Source: a virus
Taxonomy: Duplodnaviria; Caudoviricetes
Reading direction: 5' to 3' (one strand)
Virus record (IMG/VR): IMGVR_UViG_3300049917_000106
Coordinates: 1-35,592 of that record
DNA length: 35,592 nt
Below, one piece after another: positions 1 through 8,969 of this stretch (its first letter is position 1; every line of letters starts with the position of its first letter). A model generated the notes under the pieces. It made no database searches, was not told where the DNA came from, and saw only the letters and a list, made by a program, of their open reading frames with translations. The translations under genes and the position numbers were made by a program.

Positions 1-100
1 CGTGCGCCGAAATGTCGGCAAAGTGCTCCTTACACAGGAGCACCCCGCCAAGACTGCCGTTAACGCTTCTTGTCGTTCCGCAGGCTTCACATTTTTTCAT
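1..100 (-). CDS. Partial small Zn-finger-like protein (runs off window)
   Basis: Read by hand from ATG at 100: MKKCEACGTTRSVNGSLGGVLLCKEHFADISAH, CxxC...CxxH; starts 5 nt after the upstream stop. Confidence 0.55.
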   Translation of the reverse strand, partial: MKKCEACGTTRSVNGSLGGVLLCKEHFADISAH

Positions 101-104
101 GATG

Positions 105-329
105 TTATGCCTTCACGAAAATCAGCAGTTCGTAGCCATCATTTCTTCGTTGACCAGCACGAGCGCCTGTGCGTACATCAACATTGGACTCGGTCAGTCC
201 CAGGCTTTCCAGCTTGCGGCTCAGGTTCGAGCCTTTGCGGAAGCTGTAAAGGCCACTGGTGCGCCCTACGAACTTGTAGCCATTCGCCGTCATTTTTTCG
301 ATCCGTGTTTGAGCAATTGTCTTTTTCAT
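105..329 (-). CDS. Small basic hypothetical protein
   Basis: MKKTIAQ start at 329 preceded by AAGGAG RBS and a consensus promoter. Confidence 0.7.
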   Translation of the reverse strand: MKKTIAQTRIEKMTANGYKFVGRTSGLYSFRKGSNLSRKLESLGLTESNVDVRTGARAGQRRNDGYELLIFVKA

Positions 330-349
330 TTCGTCTCTCCTTTTGTTTG

Positions 350-389
350 ATGTTGACAACATTGTACATCTTGATTATCAGGATGTCAA
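350..389 (-). promoter_or_regulatory. Leftward sigma70 promoter with overlapping operator-like palindromes
   Basis: TTGACA(389-384)-17 bp-TACAAT(366-361); palindromes ACATCTTGAT-T-ATCAGGATGT and ATGTTG-A-CAACAT. Confidence 0.75.
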
Positions 390-552
390 GAGGTAGGGAG
401 GCCAAATTGGGCGCGCGAAAACATTTTTAAGGTTTGCCCGCAACCGCCTTAAATCCAGCGCAAGCGCAAGGCGACCGCCTCCGGCGCCGTAAAACATCCC
501 CTGAGCCAATCGCGCCGCCCTTTTCTACTCCGAAGGCGGCGCGTCTATTTTC

Positions 553-581
553 TTGCATTGAGATAGAGTAAGGTATATACT
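553..581 (+). promoter_or_regulatory. Rightward sigma70-like promoter
   Basis: TTGCAT-17 bp-TATACT. Confidence 0.6.
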
Positions 582-587
582 ATCGGT

Positions 588-700
588 GTGGCGGGTGTCG
601 GCCGCCGGCCCACATCGCAGACGACAGGCACCCTCAACCTACTTACGATGCCCGCCACTCGCAAATAACAACTCAGCCCGGTCAATTGACCGGGCTGTTT
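588..700 (+). ncRNA. Candidate structured small RNA
   Basis: Lies between promoter and terminator; GTGGCGGGTGTCG pairs with CGATGCCCGCCAC (two G-U); no credible ORF. Confidence 0.45.
674..700. terminator. Terminator-like perfect 24-bp palindrome
   Basis: CAGCCCGGTCAATTGACCGGGCTG followed by TTT; between convergent units. Confidence 0.6.
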
Positions 701-730
701 GCTTGCCGCGTTAAGTGACGAAACTTCTCC

Positions 731-779
731 GACGGAGTCCCCGTACCACCAACCGATGGGTACTTCGTCTGTTGGGGGA
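731..779. repeat. 25-nt hairpin repeat, nested inverted pair
   Basis: GACGGAGTCCCCGT[ACCACCAACCGATGGGTACTTCGTC]TGTTGGGGGA; relatives at 10963, 28734, 30646. Confidence 0.65.
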
Positions 780-802
780 TTTACCTCCCCTACCCTACAG
801 CC

Positions 803-1447
803 TCAGCTCTCACAACCAATCCCGTCATTATCATTTCCATCAAAGTTGTGCGGGTCTGGCGGCAGCACCGGAAACCTTCGATGCGGAATGTCGCCGCAGT
901 CCAGATCGGGAGGCGGAGGAGGAACACATATCGTTGGATAGGACGGCTCGCACCCGGCACGCGGATCGGTGGTCGGTTCCGGCGGTTGCGTCGGCGCGAT
1001 CGTCGCCGTAGGGAATGGCGCGGTTGTGCTCGTTGGTTGAACTGGCGCGACGGTTGCGGGCGGCCGGGTATTGGTCGTCGCAGGTCTCGTCGCAGTTGGA
1101 GGCGCTTGCGTGGATGTGCGTATCGGCGCTTTCGTATTGGTTGGCTTCTTCGTCGAGGTCGGGCGCGGTATGTGGGTGTCGGCCGGGGTGGCCGTATGCG
1201 TCCGCGTCGGCTCGACGGTAATCGCAACCGTCGGCCGCTCGGTCGGTTGATCAACAGAAGCCGGCGCGCTGGCTTGCCGCGATGGCTGTAACAGGAGTGC
1301 AGCGGCGACGAGAACGCCAACGCCCCCGATGATCACTCTCTGGCGGGTCAGTCGCTTGCGAGGCGGCTTGGGCGGAACGGGCTGCATCGGATTAGGCTGC
1401 CCAGGAGTGGGTTGTGCCGAGGTAGGTTTATCCTGATTGCGTTTCAT
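803..1447 (-). CDS. Membrane-anchored Pro/Thr-rich protein with C-terminal Excalibur-like Ca-binding domain
   Basis: TM segment VIIGGVGVLVAAALLL, PT-rich linker, DLDCGDI...DPHNFDGNDNDGIGCES. Confidence 0.8.
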   Translation of the reverse strand: MKRNQDKPTSAQPTPGQPNPMQPVPPKPPRKRLTRQRVIIGGVGVLVAAALLLQPSRQASAPASVDQPTERPTVAITVEPTRTHTATPADTHIPRPTSTKKPTNTKAPIRTSTQAPPTATRPATTNTRPPATVAPVQPTSTTAPFPTATIAPTQPPEPTTDPRAGCEPSYPTICVPPPPPDLDCGDIPHRRFPVLPPDPHNFDGNDNDGIGCES

Positions 1448-1527
1448 GTTGCTGTGCTCCAGGCGGTATCCTTGCTGATGCTGGCTGCAGGTTGATTAGA
1501 CATGGTAGGTCTCCTGTCTGCGATTCA

Positions 1528-1875
1528 TCAATCTTCGGATAGGGTTAGCGTGATGTAGCCCCGCTCGGAATTGATCGGCTTCCATCCTCGCTCCAAGAGC
1601 TGCTTGGTTAGCCAGATCCACATCGATTCGAGCGATACCCATGTTTCTTGGTTTAACTTTCCGTAGCCGTCATCACATTCCCAATAGCAGGATTCTCCGT
1701 TTGGCAGCTTCGGTTCGTATACATAGCCCTTCGGAACTGACTTGATCTTGGCGGCAGGAAAATGCTTGCGTACTTCATCGGTCAGCCAGGCCAGAGTCGC
1801 GCTGTCTGTGCATAGAGCAGAGAGTATTTTTGGATTATCCGATCCGATCAGCCTGAGAAACTTGTGTCGCGCCAT
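1528..1875 (-). CDS. Hypothetical protein
   Basis: 115-aa ORF, GGGGA RBS, lower GC than flanks. Confidence 0.65.
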   Translation of the reverse strand: MARHKFLRLIGSDNPKILSALCTDSATLAWLTDEVRKHFPAAKIKSVPKGYVYEPKLPNGESCYWECDDGYGKLNQETWVSLESMWIWLTKQLLERGWKPINSERGYITLTLSED

Positions 1876-1892
1876 GCTTGTTTATCCCCCTT

Positions 1893-2117
1893 TCAGGGGT
1901 TCACTTTATCCCTGGCATACAAGATGCTGCCAACCCCCTGAATTTCATCTGCGCGAGCGCAGATACACGGCGTCAACCCGCAAAACTTACAGGCTGGCCC
2001 TTGCGCCTGCGCCGCAGGGGCTTCCTCTTCGTCGCCGACTGTAGTCTCGGACGGCGTGGAGTAGTGAACTGTTCGGTATCGAATGCCCTCGCGGCTGACG
2101 TGGTTATGGAAGATCAT
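1893..2117 (-). CDS. Hypothetical small Cys-containing protein
   Basis: AAGGAG RBS; CKFCGLTPCIC. Confidence 0.45.
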   Translation of the reverse strand: MIFHNHVSREGIRYRTVHYSTPSETTVGDEEEAPAAQAQGPACKFCGLTPCICARADEIQGVGSILYARDKVNP

Positions 2118-2299
2118 CGACTGACTCCTTCGTGCGAAAGTTTCTCGTCGGTAGAACGATGCAAAAGCCCTCTAGCCCACTCGAACGATGCCAATCTACT
2201 CCTCAAGCGTATGAAGTCCGTGATCGAGTTGGGAGATATTGGTGAGATTGACCCAACTCCGCAACCCGCGCAGACCATATGGTTTGCATCCTCACACAA
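2114..2299 (-). CDS. Possible small hypothetical protein
   Basis: 4-nt overlap with next ORF; CxxC; weak start. Confidence 0.3.
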   Translation of the reverse strand: MCEDANHMVCAGCGVGSISPISPNSITDFIRLRSRLASFEWARGLLHRSTDEKLSHEGVSR

Positions 2300-2358
2300 A
2301 TCTTAACGAGTCTCCAACTGACAGCGAGACCGGTTTGGGTGTATTTTTGAACTCGTTG

Positions 2359-2425
2359 CAGCGGACGCCCTGAGAACTTGTCGGCATCCACCTTCCCCAC
2401 GAGGTATGGCGCAGGGCGTCCGCTG
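2359..2425. repeat. Perfect 14-bp inverted repeat with 39-nt loop
   Basis: CAGCGGACGCCCTG / CAGGGCGTCCGCTG. Confidence 0.85.
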
Positions 2426-2470
2426 GGTTTGCCTAAGTGTTAGAGTTTGTTGGAGTGAGAAGATTGGTTA

Positions 2471-2498
2471 TTGACTTTTGAGGAAGTAGGTTTATACT
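2471..2498 (+). promoter_or_regulatory. Early rightward sigma70 promoter
   Basis: TTGACT-16 bp-TATACT in an AT-rich divergent intergenic region. Confidence 0.65.
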
Positions 2499-2601
2499 CC
2501 TGTTACAGTTATTACTATAAATAGTCGCTCAATTGTCGCGTTCACCTCCCTGGAAAGAAGACGGACGCGGCAGTTGACCAACACAACCGAAGGAGCGCAT
2601 C

Positions 2602-2904
2602 ATGTTGGCGACCCCACACGCCGTCTCGGCCAGCGCGCCATCCCGCGCCGGCAGTCCCTCACGCACCCGCAAGTGCATCACCCGCGGTTGCGATAACCTC
2701 GTCAACCCACCTGACCGCAAGTGCCAGAAGTCGGGCGAGGCCGGGCTGACGGTTAGCGGAGCGCGCGCGGGGATAAATCCACCGCGCTTAACAAACGAAG
2801 CCTCTGCGAGGCTGTGCAGCCGGCTTGTCCGGCTTGGTTGGTTTGGCCCGACGATTTATCGTCGCACCGCACGGCCAGCGCGCCACAACGAGGCGTCGGA
2901 ATGA
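2602..2904 (+). CDS. Hypothetical protein
   Basis: AAGGAG RBS; ATGA overlap with next gene. Confidence 0.55.
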   Translation: MLATPHAVSASAPSRAGSPSRTRKCITRGCDNLVNPPDRKCQKSGEAGLTVSGARAGINPPRLTNEASARLCSRLVRLGWFGPTIYRRTARPARHNEASE

Positions 2905-3164
2905 GCAGCCTCCACGTCGCCCATTTCGACCCCGGCACACGCCAGCGGATTCTCGAATCAGGCGTCGGGCATGATCGGATGTTCCGTGAGCGGCCCGTTG
3001 CGGCCGCCCCAGCCTGTCCTGAGTGCCACAGCGCCCTGACGCTGCACTACCAGAGCGCCATACAAGACGGCGCAGCGGTCGGCGTGTACTCGTGCCTGCA
3101 CTGCGGAAAGAGATTCGTGGCAACAGCGCGCAGAGCACCGGGCAATAGTGAGGCGAAGGCATGA
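2901..3164 (+). CDS. Zn-ribbon protein
   Basis: CPEC...CLHC; coupled at both ends. Confidence 0.7.
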   Translation: MSSLHVAHFDPGTRQRILESGVGHDRMFRERPVAAAPACPECHSALTLHYQSAIQDGAAVGVYSCLHCGKRFVATARRAPGNSEAKA

Positions 3165-3559
3165 GCACCTTAATCGACCTCACCACCGACGACATTCGCC
3201 GGGCCGCGCAGCTGATCGCCACCGCCCTGCCCGGCTCAGACCCTGTCGCCGTCGAGCGCGCAACAGCGAACTGGCTCACCGACACCGTCGACGTCATCCT
3301 GACCGGCGCGGCATACTTCGCGCTCGACCCCAAGAGTGGCTTTTCCAAGAACTTCATCGGCCTGCTCGAATGGGAATCGGGCCGGCGGCCGGTGAGCCAG
3401 GCCATTGAACTGGCCGCGCTGGAGGACTGTGTCGCCGCCTGGCGGCAGGATCGCGCCAACTGGATGGATGAGTTCGGCGACGACCTCCCCTACCCTCACG
3501 ACGAAACACTCGCCGACCTGGAACACGCGCGCGATGCAATGGCGGAGGCGCAGCGATGA
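3161..3559 (+). CDS. Hypothetical protein
   Basis: 132 aa, translationally coupled. Confidence 0.75.
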   Translation: MSTLIDLTTDDIRRAAQLIATALPGSDPVAVERATANWLTDTVDVILTGAAYFALDPKSGFSKNFIGLLEWESGRRPVSQAIELAALEDCVAAWRQDRANWMDEFGDDLPYPHDETLADLEHARDAMAEAQR

Positions 3560-4149
3560 TGTCAGCCGTGGTGGTCTCTTCCACGCCCTCGCGCGCCTTC
3601 GCCGTCGCTGATCAGGAGCGCCACGGCGTCTACCGCGTCCACACCTTCGACTCCTGGGATCATTTCCGATTGTGGTGCCGCGCGCACCGGCCGAAGCACA
3701 TGCTTCCGACCGTGTATGCCCACGGGTCGCGCCTGCGACCCGACATTGACCACTGCGGAGAGCACACCCTCCGCATGGCCGACCTTGAAGCCGGCGACGC
3801 ACGCCGCGATGAGGCGGTCGAGCAGGCCGAGGCCGCGCATTGCGAAAGCGTCGAGCGCCGCCAGATCCACCGGCTCGGCCACGATGCCGACGTCGACCTG
3901 GTGGCACTGGCCGACGCAGCGCAGGCGACGAAAGCGGCGCGGCTCCAGGCGCGCAAGAGTATTCGCTCGATGACCGGGTTCTTCAACTGGTGCACGGCTA
4001 ACAATATCAACTTCGATTTCGTGCCGCACTACCTGGGCATGTCCCTGAGGCAATGGACGCAGCAGAACGCCGATCAATCCTACGACCGCGCCGCGCAGCT
4101 CATGCTCGACCGGCGCGACGGGCAAGTTCCTCCAGTGGAGGCATCATGA
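3556..4149 (+). CDS. Hypothetical protein
   Basis: 197 aa, translationally coupled. Confidence 0.75.
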   Translation: MMSAVVVSSTPSRAFAVADQERHGVYRVHTFDSWDHFRLWCRAHRPKHMLPTVYAHGSRLRPDIDHCGEHTLRMADLEAGDARRDEAVEQAEAAHCESVERRQIHRLGHDADVDLVALADAAQATKAARLQARKSIRSMTGFFNWCTANNINFDFVPHYLGMSLRQWTQQNADQSYDRAAQLMLDRRDGQVPPVEAS

Positions 4150-4382
4150 CCTGCATACACTGCGGCCGGCAATTCAAGCCGACCGACCCTGGCGTCGTTA
4201 CGAACATCATACAGCGCGGCCTGTTCACCGCAGTCGCCTGCTCCAGCTCGCACGGCCAGGCCGTCGCGAGTTGGACATCGGAGCAGTGGCTCGCGTATGC
4301 CGGATTTGTCGTTGGGATTGCACCGCCGGGCGGTCCGGGCGCGACACTGCCAGAGCCGAATGCGCCGGCCTTGAGAAACTAG
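4146..4382 (+). CDS. Small Cys/His protein, paralog of 6448-6639
   Basis: MTCIHCGRQFKPTDPGVVTNIIQRGLFTAVACS; GGAGG RBS. Confidence 0.7.
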   Translation: MTCIHCGRQFKPTDPGVVTNIIQRGLFTAVACSSSHGQAVASWTSEQWLAYAGFVVGIAPPGGPGATLPEPNAPALRN

Positions 4383-4390
4383 GAGTCGCC

Positions 4391-4702
4391 ATGCCCGCTA
4401 TTTCGTCCAGTCAAAGCCTTGTGGTTTGCCCAACCGAAGACCTCGCCGATCAGTTAGACCTCTTATTGCGCCAGGTCAATGAGTGGCGCAATCGCGCACT
4501 GCTCGCCGAGGCGCAGTTGAGCAATCGCCGGTACGCCGTCATCGGCACGTTCGCCGCCGGCCGTGTTGCTGCGCTGCGAACTGTGGACGGCGATTACATC
4601 GTCCTGCAGGCCGTCGCACAATTCAACCGGCCGGAGCAGGCGCTGCTCCATGCCCGGCGCACCGAGCGCGAGATGCTCGCCGGGCTGGTCAACGAGGAGT
4701 AG
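4391..4702 (+). CDS. Hypothetical coiled-coil protein
   Basis: AGGAG RBS before ATG 4391. Confidence 0.7.
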   Translation: MPAISSSQSLVVCPTEDLADQLDLLLRQVNEWRNRALLAEAQLSNRRYAVIGTFAAGRVAALRTVDGDYIVLQAVAQFNRPEQALLHARRTEREMLAGLVNEE

Positions 4703-4707
4703 AACCC

Positions 4708-5445
4708 ATGTCCAACGCCATTTCTGTCGAGCGTGGTTGTGGTGAGCGCGTCGCCGGCGGCTGCTATGCTGAATTGGGCCTTGGCGCAGGCGGCAGCCCA
4801 CTCGAAGACTTCATGGTCGATCCGCCGCTCGTCGTCGATCTAAATGCGCTGGGCGTCACGCCGATCGGCGTCAAGCTCTTTGAGCGCGACGGCGTCTGGC
4901 ATGTCATCGACTGGATCGGAAGCCAGCACTATCCCAACGTTGCCGACTTCCTGGAAGAGGTACGACGGTTCGGCCTCTCGCGCCGGCTGCCTCAGACGCT
5001 CGATTTCTCAAAGCTCACACCCAAGAGCCGAATCCTCCTGGTTCACGCGCGAGCCTGGGTGCAAAATTTCGACGACTACGCCGCGCAATGGGTCACCGGC
5101 CTGAAGCCAGGCTCTTTGGCCGACTACTACGATCCGTGCCCCAAGTCGAAAGCCGATCATGCTTTCGATCACCATCCGTCCATGTGCGCCGGCGTGTGGT
5201 GGCAGGACATCGAGGGCGATGAGCTGGTTCTCTCCAATCGGCTCGTCGATCGGCGCATGCCCTCATTCACCTTCACCGCCGTCGCACGACCCGACGACGT
5301 GACGCCGGTCTATTGCCCGGCCATCTTCGCCAGGTTTCCAATCTCGCGGCTCGTCGTCATCGACGACCCGGCCGGTAAGAAGCACGAACAGGCCACCGCC
5401 GCCGCTCGCAAATCGAGCCTGCCGGTCGACGTGGAGCCGAGGTAA
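4708..5445 (+). CDS. Phage hypothetical protein
   Basis: GAGGAG RBS; globular composition; RGCGxR and DWIG...Y...F..E....G.SRR motifs. Confidence 0.8.
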   Translation: MSNAISVERGCGERVAGGCYAELGLGAGGSPLEDFMVDPPLVVDLNALGVTPIGVKLFERDGVWHVIDWIGSQHYPNVADFLEEVRRFGLSRRLPQTLDFSKLTPKSRILLVHARAWVQNFDDYAAQWVTGLKPGSLADYYDPCPKSKADHAFDHHPSMCAGVWWQDIEGDELVLSNRLVDRRMPSFTFTAVARPDDVTPVYCPAIFARFPISRLVVIDDPAGKKHEQATAAARKSSLPVDVEPR

Positions 5446-5493
5446 GGCATCCCACCAACAAAGGAGGCCCCCCGCAAGGGGGCTACGTGTTCC

Positions 5494-6288
5494 GTGACCA
5501 AACAACTCGAACTCGCCGACCTGTTGCCAGACGAAGCCCCAGAAGCGCGCGATGAAGTTGTACGGCTTGACACTCTGCCGGTCGACTTTCCCGGACCGCG
5601 CCCGACGCGAGACATGATCAACACGGTTAAAGCCTATGGCGTCATCGAGCCAATCGTCATCATCGAATACAAGGGTAAGCGCACTGTAACCGATGGCCGG
5701 CGGCGCGTGATGGCAGCCAACGCAGCCGGCCAGGGCAGTATTCCCGCGCGCGTGTTCTTTCTGAATGGCGCATCCGGATCGCTTATCACGCTGATCCTAA
5801 ACGAGAACCGATCCGCCAACCCGGTCGCCGAACTGAACGCCATACTCGACCTGACCCACCAGGGTGCATCCGAGAAAGTCATCCAGCAGGCTACCGGCAT
5901 CCCCATCGCTCGAATCCGCAAGCGTCTCAAGCTGGCCGGCCTGAATGCCGACCTGCTCGACGCGCTGAAGGCCGGGCGAATCTCTGTCAACGTCGCTTAT
6001 GCCTGCGTCGGTCTGCCGGGCGAGACACAGGAATTTCTCGCCGGCGTCCTGGCCGAGTTTGGGAAACTGACAGCTGAGGATGTGCGGATGGCGCGCCGCG
6101 CACGATCCGAGAGTGCAGCGGCCGCATTGCCCGATGAACTTTTTGAAGCGCCGCCTGAAACCCTGCGCGACTGGAAAACCGCGACGCTGGAAAGTCTTAA
6201 CCATGCGCTCGTGGAGATTCCAGAGGATTCGGCGCAGAGCAGGCGAGTGCGCCGCGCAATCGGGAAAGCTATCGAAGCCCTCGAATGA
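5494..6288 (+). CDS. ParB/Srx-like N-terminal domain protein with HTH
   Basis: YGVIEPIVI...DGRRRVMAA...ENR..NPVAE followed by an HTH. Confidence 0.85.
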   Translation: MTKQLELADLLPDEAPEARDEVVRLDTLPVDFPGPRPTRDMINTVKAYGVIEPIVIIEYKGKRTVTDGRRRVMAANAAGQGSIPARVFFLNGASGSLITLILNENRSANPVAELNAILDLTHQGASEKVIQQATGIPIARIRKRLKLAGLNADLLDALKAGRISVNVAYACVGLPGETQEFLAGVLAEFGKLTAEDVRMARRARSESAAAALPDELFEAPPETLRDWKTATLESLNHALVEIPEDSAQSRRVRRAIGKAIEALE

Positions 6289-6300
6289 GGGAGACGACCC

Positions 6301-6639
6301 ATGATTGACCGAACGTACTACAGAGGACTTGCACAGCAGTTCGGCGCGCACTTCGCGCTGGACGTGGCTGTCGAAGGTTTAGACAGAGCCGGGCGCGGGG
6401 ATGACGGGGGCAGAGATGCCTCAAACCCATCACGCCGAGGCGACAGCATGACCTGTTCAAACTGCGTCCGGTACTTCAACCCCATCGATCCCACCATCGT
6501 CACCAATATCGTGATCAACGGCCTGTTCACTGCGTGCGCCTGCTCCAACTTGTGTGGCAACGCCGTCAAGCATTGGCTTGCGCATATCCGGCAGGTTATG
6601 GCGTCAACGTCGGCCAGTATGCAGAGCCATGAGAGCTAG
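6301..6639 (+). CDS. Small Cys-rich protein (core from 6448), paralog of 4146-4382
   Basis: MTCSNCVRYFNPIDPTIVTNIVINGLFTACACS; start ambiguous (6301 or 6448). Confidence 0.6.
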   Translation: MIDRTYYRGLAQQFGAHFALDVAVEGLDRAGRGDDGGRDASNPSRRGDSMTCSNCVRYFNPIDPTIVTNIVINGLFTACACSNLCGNAVKHWLAHIRQVMASTSASMQSHES

Positions 6640-8516
6640 TGAAGATGACAAAGTCTAAGAAACTCTCAACTGTGAAGCATGCTGTTGAGATTCAAAAGGC
6701 GCTCCAGGAAAACAGCCTCGATCTGCAACCGGGCGATCTCGTCATGGACGACGATGGTGACATCCTGCGGGTCGATCGTGTTTGGTACGACGCAGAAAAT
6801 AGTTACACGAATAAGAATTACCGCGTGCGCGTAGCTCTGTCGTCAAAGTACAACGACGGCAAGTGGCATCGCTACGGCGATGTCGCGCTCGAAGAGTTCA
6901 TCACTGACGGGTGCGCGCCCAAGTACGTCAAAGCCGACCGGCCCCTGGAGGATATTGAGAAGGACGCCGTTGCGGCGATGGCCAACCCGGATGCTTTTGG
7001 GATGGAGGAGATCAACGAAGACAATATCGAACGGGCGATGGTGGTGTCGGGTGGCGATCAACACGTTCGCCAACTCCGGACTGTTGTCACTGAGAAGTTG
7101 CGCGCCGTGGAGTTGATCCGACGCACCATGGAAGCCAAGCGAGAACGCCTATCTCAGATCGCTTCGTCGATGCGCGAGAGCCTTACAGTGATGCAGAAGG
7201 TAATCGGCGCGCTAGAGCTGTACCTGGGTGTGTATGAGGAAATCACCCAGATCCGGGACGGCATGTCGGCACCCGAAGACGAGCCGATCCACCTGCGTCA
7301 GTTGATCCTGTACATGGATGAAGAATGCGGCGACCCGCGCCCTAACCGCAAGACCGGTCAGCCAGGAATCGACTTCGCCAGTGTGGAGGATTTCGATGAG
7401 TGGCTACTGAAGGATGACCATCTCGACAAGATGATGCCGGAGCAGAAGGGTATCGTTGCCATCTGTCCGTCTCGGCAGAAACGAGAGTACGACAAGAACC
7501 CGTTCTGGAATGCGGAACTGAATGCGAGAAACCGCATGACCTATTTGCTGATCCGCAATGGGCAGCGGGTGTATCGCATCTGGACGTCGACGATGATCTC
7601 CGACCGCCTGTATCCCGGTGACGACGAGATGGAGAAGCTGATCGCTACCGTCCAGGAGCACGGACGTCATTGGCGCGATGGTCGCGAGGCAGCGGATAAG
7701 GACTTCTCCTACAAGCGCAATGCACTGCTGCTACAAGGCATTGTCGATCGCACCGACGTGTTCAAGCCGATGACACACATCCCGAATCTGTTCGACCCGG
7801 CCACCTATCTTGGCCTGATCATCTTTGTGCGGGATGGCGAACTGGCCTTGCACACCGGGCGCGAGTATTACAACGCCTGGCACGAACGGATCAACGCCGG
7901 CATCAAGCGCGGCTCACGAATCGTTCTGGCGGGTGTGTCCTGGTATCGCGTGGGCAAGTCTCACCGCTTCGCCCGCAGCTATGGGAGCTGGAGAAGCGAA
8001 ACGGATAGTTCCCCGCAAGGCCCATCGGCTGGTGTATACACGGTCGAGGATATTGAGCCGGATAAAGACAGACCTGGTCAGGAGTTGCTGGTCATCTATT
8101 ACAACCCCGGCGACCAGGTGTGGTACGGATCGGGTTGGGAGTATGACCCACACCCGCGCAAAAACCGTCTGTCCTTCCGAGTCCAGCGCAACGAGTGGTT
8201 CGTGCTGAACTACGATCAGATTTCCCTCGATGACGTGGAGTATTACATCGCCTCCAGAATCGAGCGCAAGGACTACCTTGAGGTGCTCTCAACACTCTGG
8301 GCGATTCGGGAGGCCCGGCTGGAGGAGATCGAATACGAGCGTCAGTTGGTTAAGTTGATTGTTGGCCGGCAGGAGTGCAACGAACGGGCTGTTTGGCAGG
8401 CGATTGAGTGGTGGAAGATAAAGAACGTCTGGAAGCGGCCGATCGGAAAAGACGACTCGCTGGCATTACGAATGATTGAGAAGAGACTGAAACACGAGAA
8501 GGGGATTACCTCATGA
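6639..8516 (+). CDS. Large phage hypothetical protein (625 aa)
   Basis: Long ORF, coiled coil then LRQLILYMDEE motif; function not recognised. Confidence 0.85.
   Translation: MKMTKSKKLSTVKHAVEIQKALQENSLDLQPGDLVMDDDGDILRVDRVWYDAENSYTNKNYRVRVALSSKYNDGKWHRYGDVALEEFITDGCAPKYVKADRPLEDIEKDAVAAMANPDAFGMEEINEDNIERAMVVSGGDQHVRQLRTVVTEKLRAVELIRRTMEAKRERLSQIASSMRESLTVMQKVIGALELYLGVYEEITQIRDGMSAPEDEPIHLRQLILYMDEECGDPRPNRKTGQPGIDFASVEDFDEWLLKDDHLDKMMPEQKGIVAICPSRQKREYDKNPFWNAELNARNRMTYLLIRNGQRVYRIWTSTMISDRLYPGDDEMEKLIATVQEHGRHWRDGREAADKDFSYKRNALLLQGIVDRTDVFKPMTHIPNLFDPATYLGLIIFVRDGELALHTGREYYNAWHERINAGIKRGSRIVLAGVSWYRVGKSHRFARSYGSWRSETDSSPQGPSAGVYTVEDIEPDKDRPGQELLVIYYNPGDQVWYGSGWEYDPHPRKNRLSFRVQRNEWFVLNYDQISLDDVEYYIASRIERKDYLEVLSTLWAIREARLEEIEYERQLVKLIVGRQECNERAVWQAIEWWKIKNVWKRPIGKDDSLALRMIEKRLKHEKGITS
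8226..8259. repeat. 34-bp perfect inverted repeat, copy 1 (copy 2 at 16045-16078)
   Basis: CTCGATGACGTGGAGTATTACATCGCCTCCAGAA. Confidence 0.95.
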
Positions 8517-8969
8517 GCAAGCAACCGACAGAGATCCGCATCAATCAGACCGCTGATCGTCTGCCCAAACGGCGCGCCCGATACGTACTTCCTCATCGCC
8601 GGCGAGCGGCGCTGGCGCGCTGCGCAGATGATTGGGCTGGAGACCGTGCCTGTCGTCATCAGAGACTATCCAGGCGACGACGCGATGGAGGAGATGGCGA
8701 TCATCGAGAACATCCACCGCGAAGACCTCAACCCGATCGAGGAGGCGCTCTCGTACCAGCGCATGGTCGACCGAGTCGGCGCCATTCACGCCGCCGCGCA
8801 CAGGCTGGGACTTCGCCCGGCAAAGCTCTACCAGCGCCTGCCCTGGCTCGAGTTGGAGCCGGAGATCCAGGAGTTGGTAGCCAGCAGCCGGCTGCACAGC
8901 GACCCGCGAGATGCTGAAGCGGCTGCGCGCCGCCGGCGTCGATCCTTTCGAGCGAGCTGCATGATATGA
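8513..8969 (+). pseudogene. parB: ParB/Spo0J-like pseudogene (internal deletion, frameshift, truncation)
   Basis: MSKQPTEIRINQ is out of frame with PLIV...LIAGERRWRAAQ...ENIHREDLNPIEEA; the usual PNPxQPR segment is missing. Confidence 0.75.

Noticed and set aside
615-644. sRNA loop 9-mers matching 10745 and complementary to 2484 as guide sequences
   Set aside because: 9-nt matches are expected by chance in 35 kb
2416-2434. c-di-GMP-I riboswitch (GGCAAACC...GGACGC on minus)
   Set aside because: Lacks the GNRA-capped stem and the following GCAAAG/P3 elements
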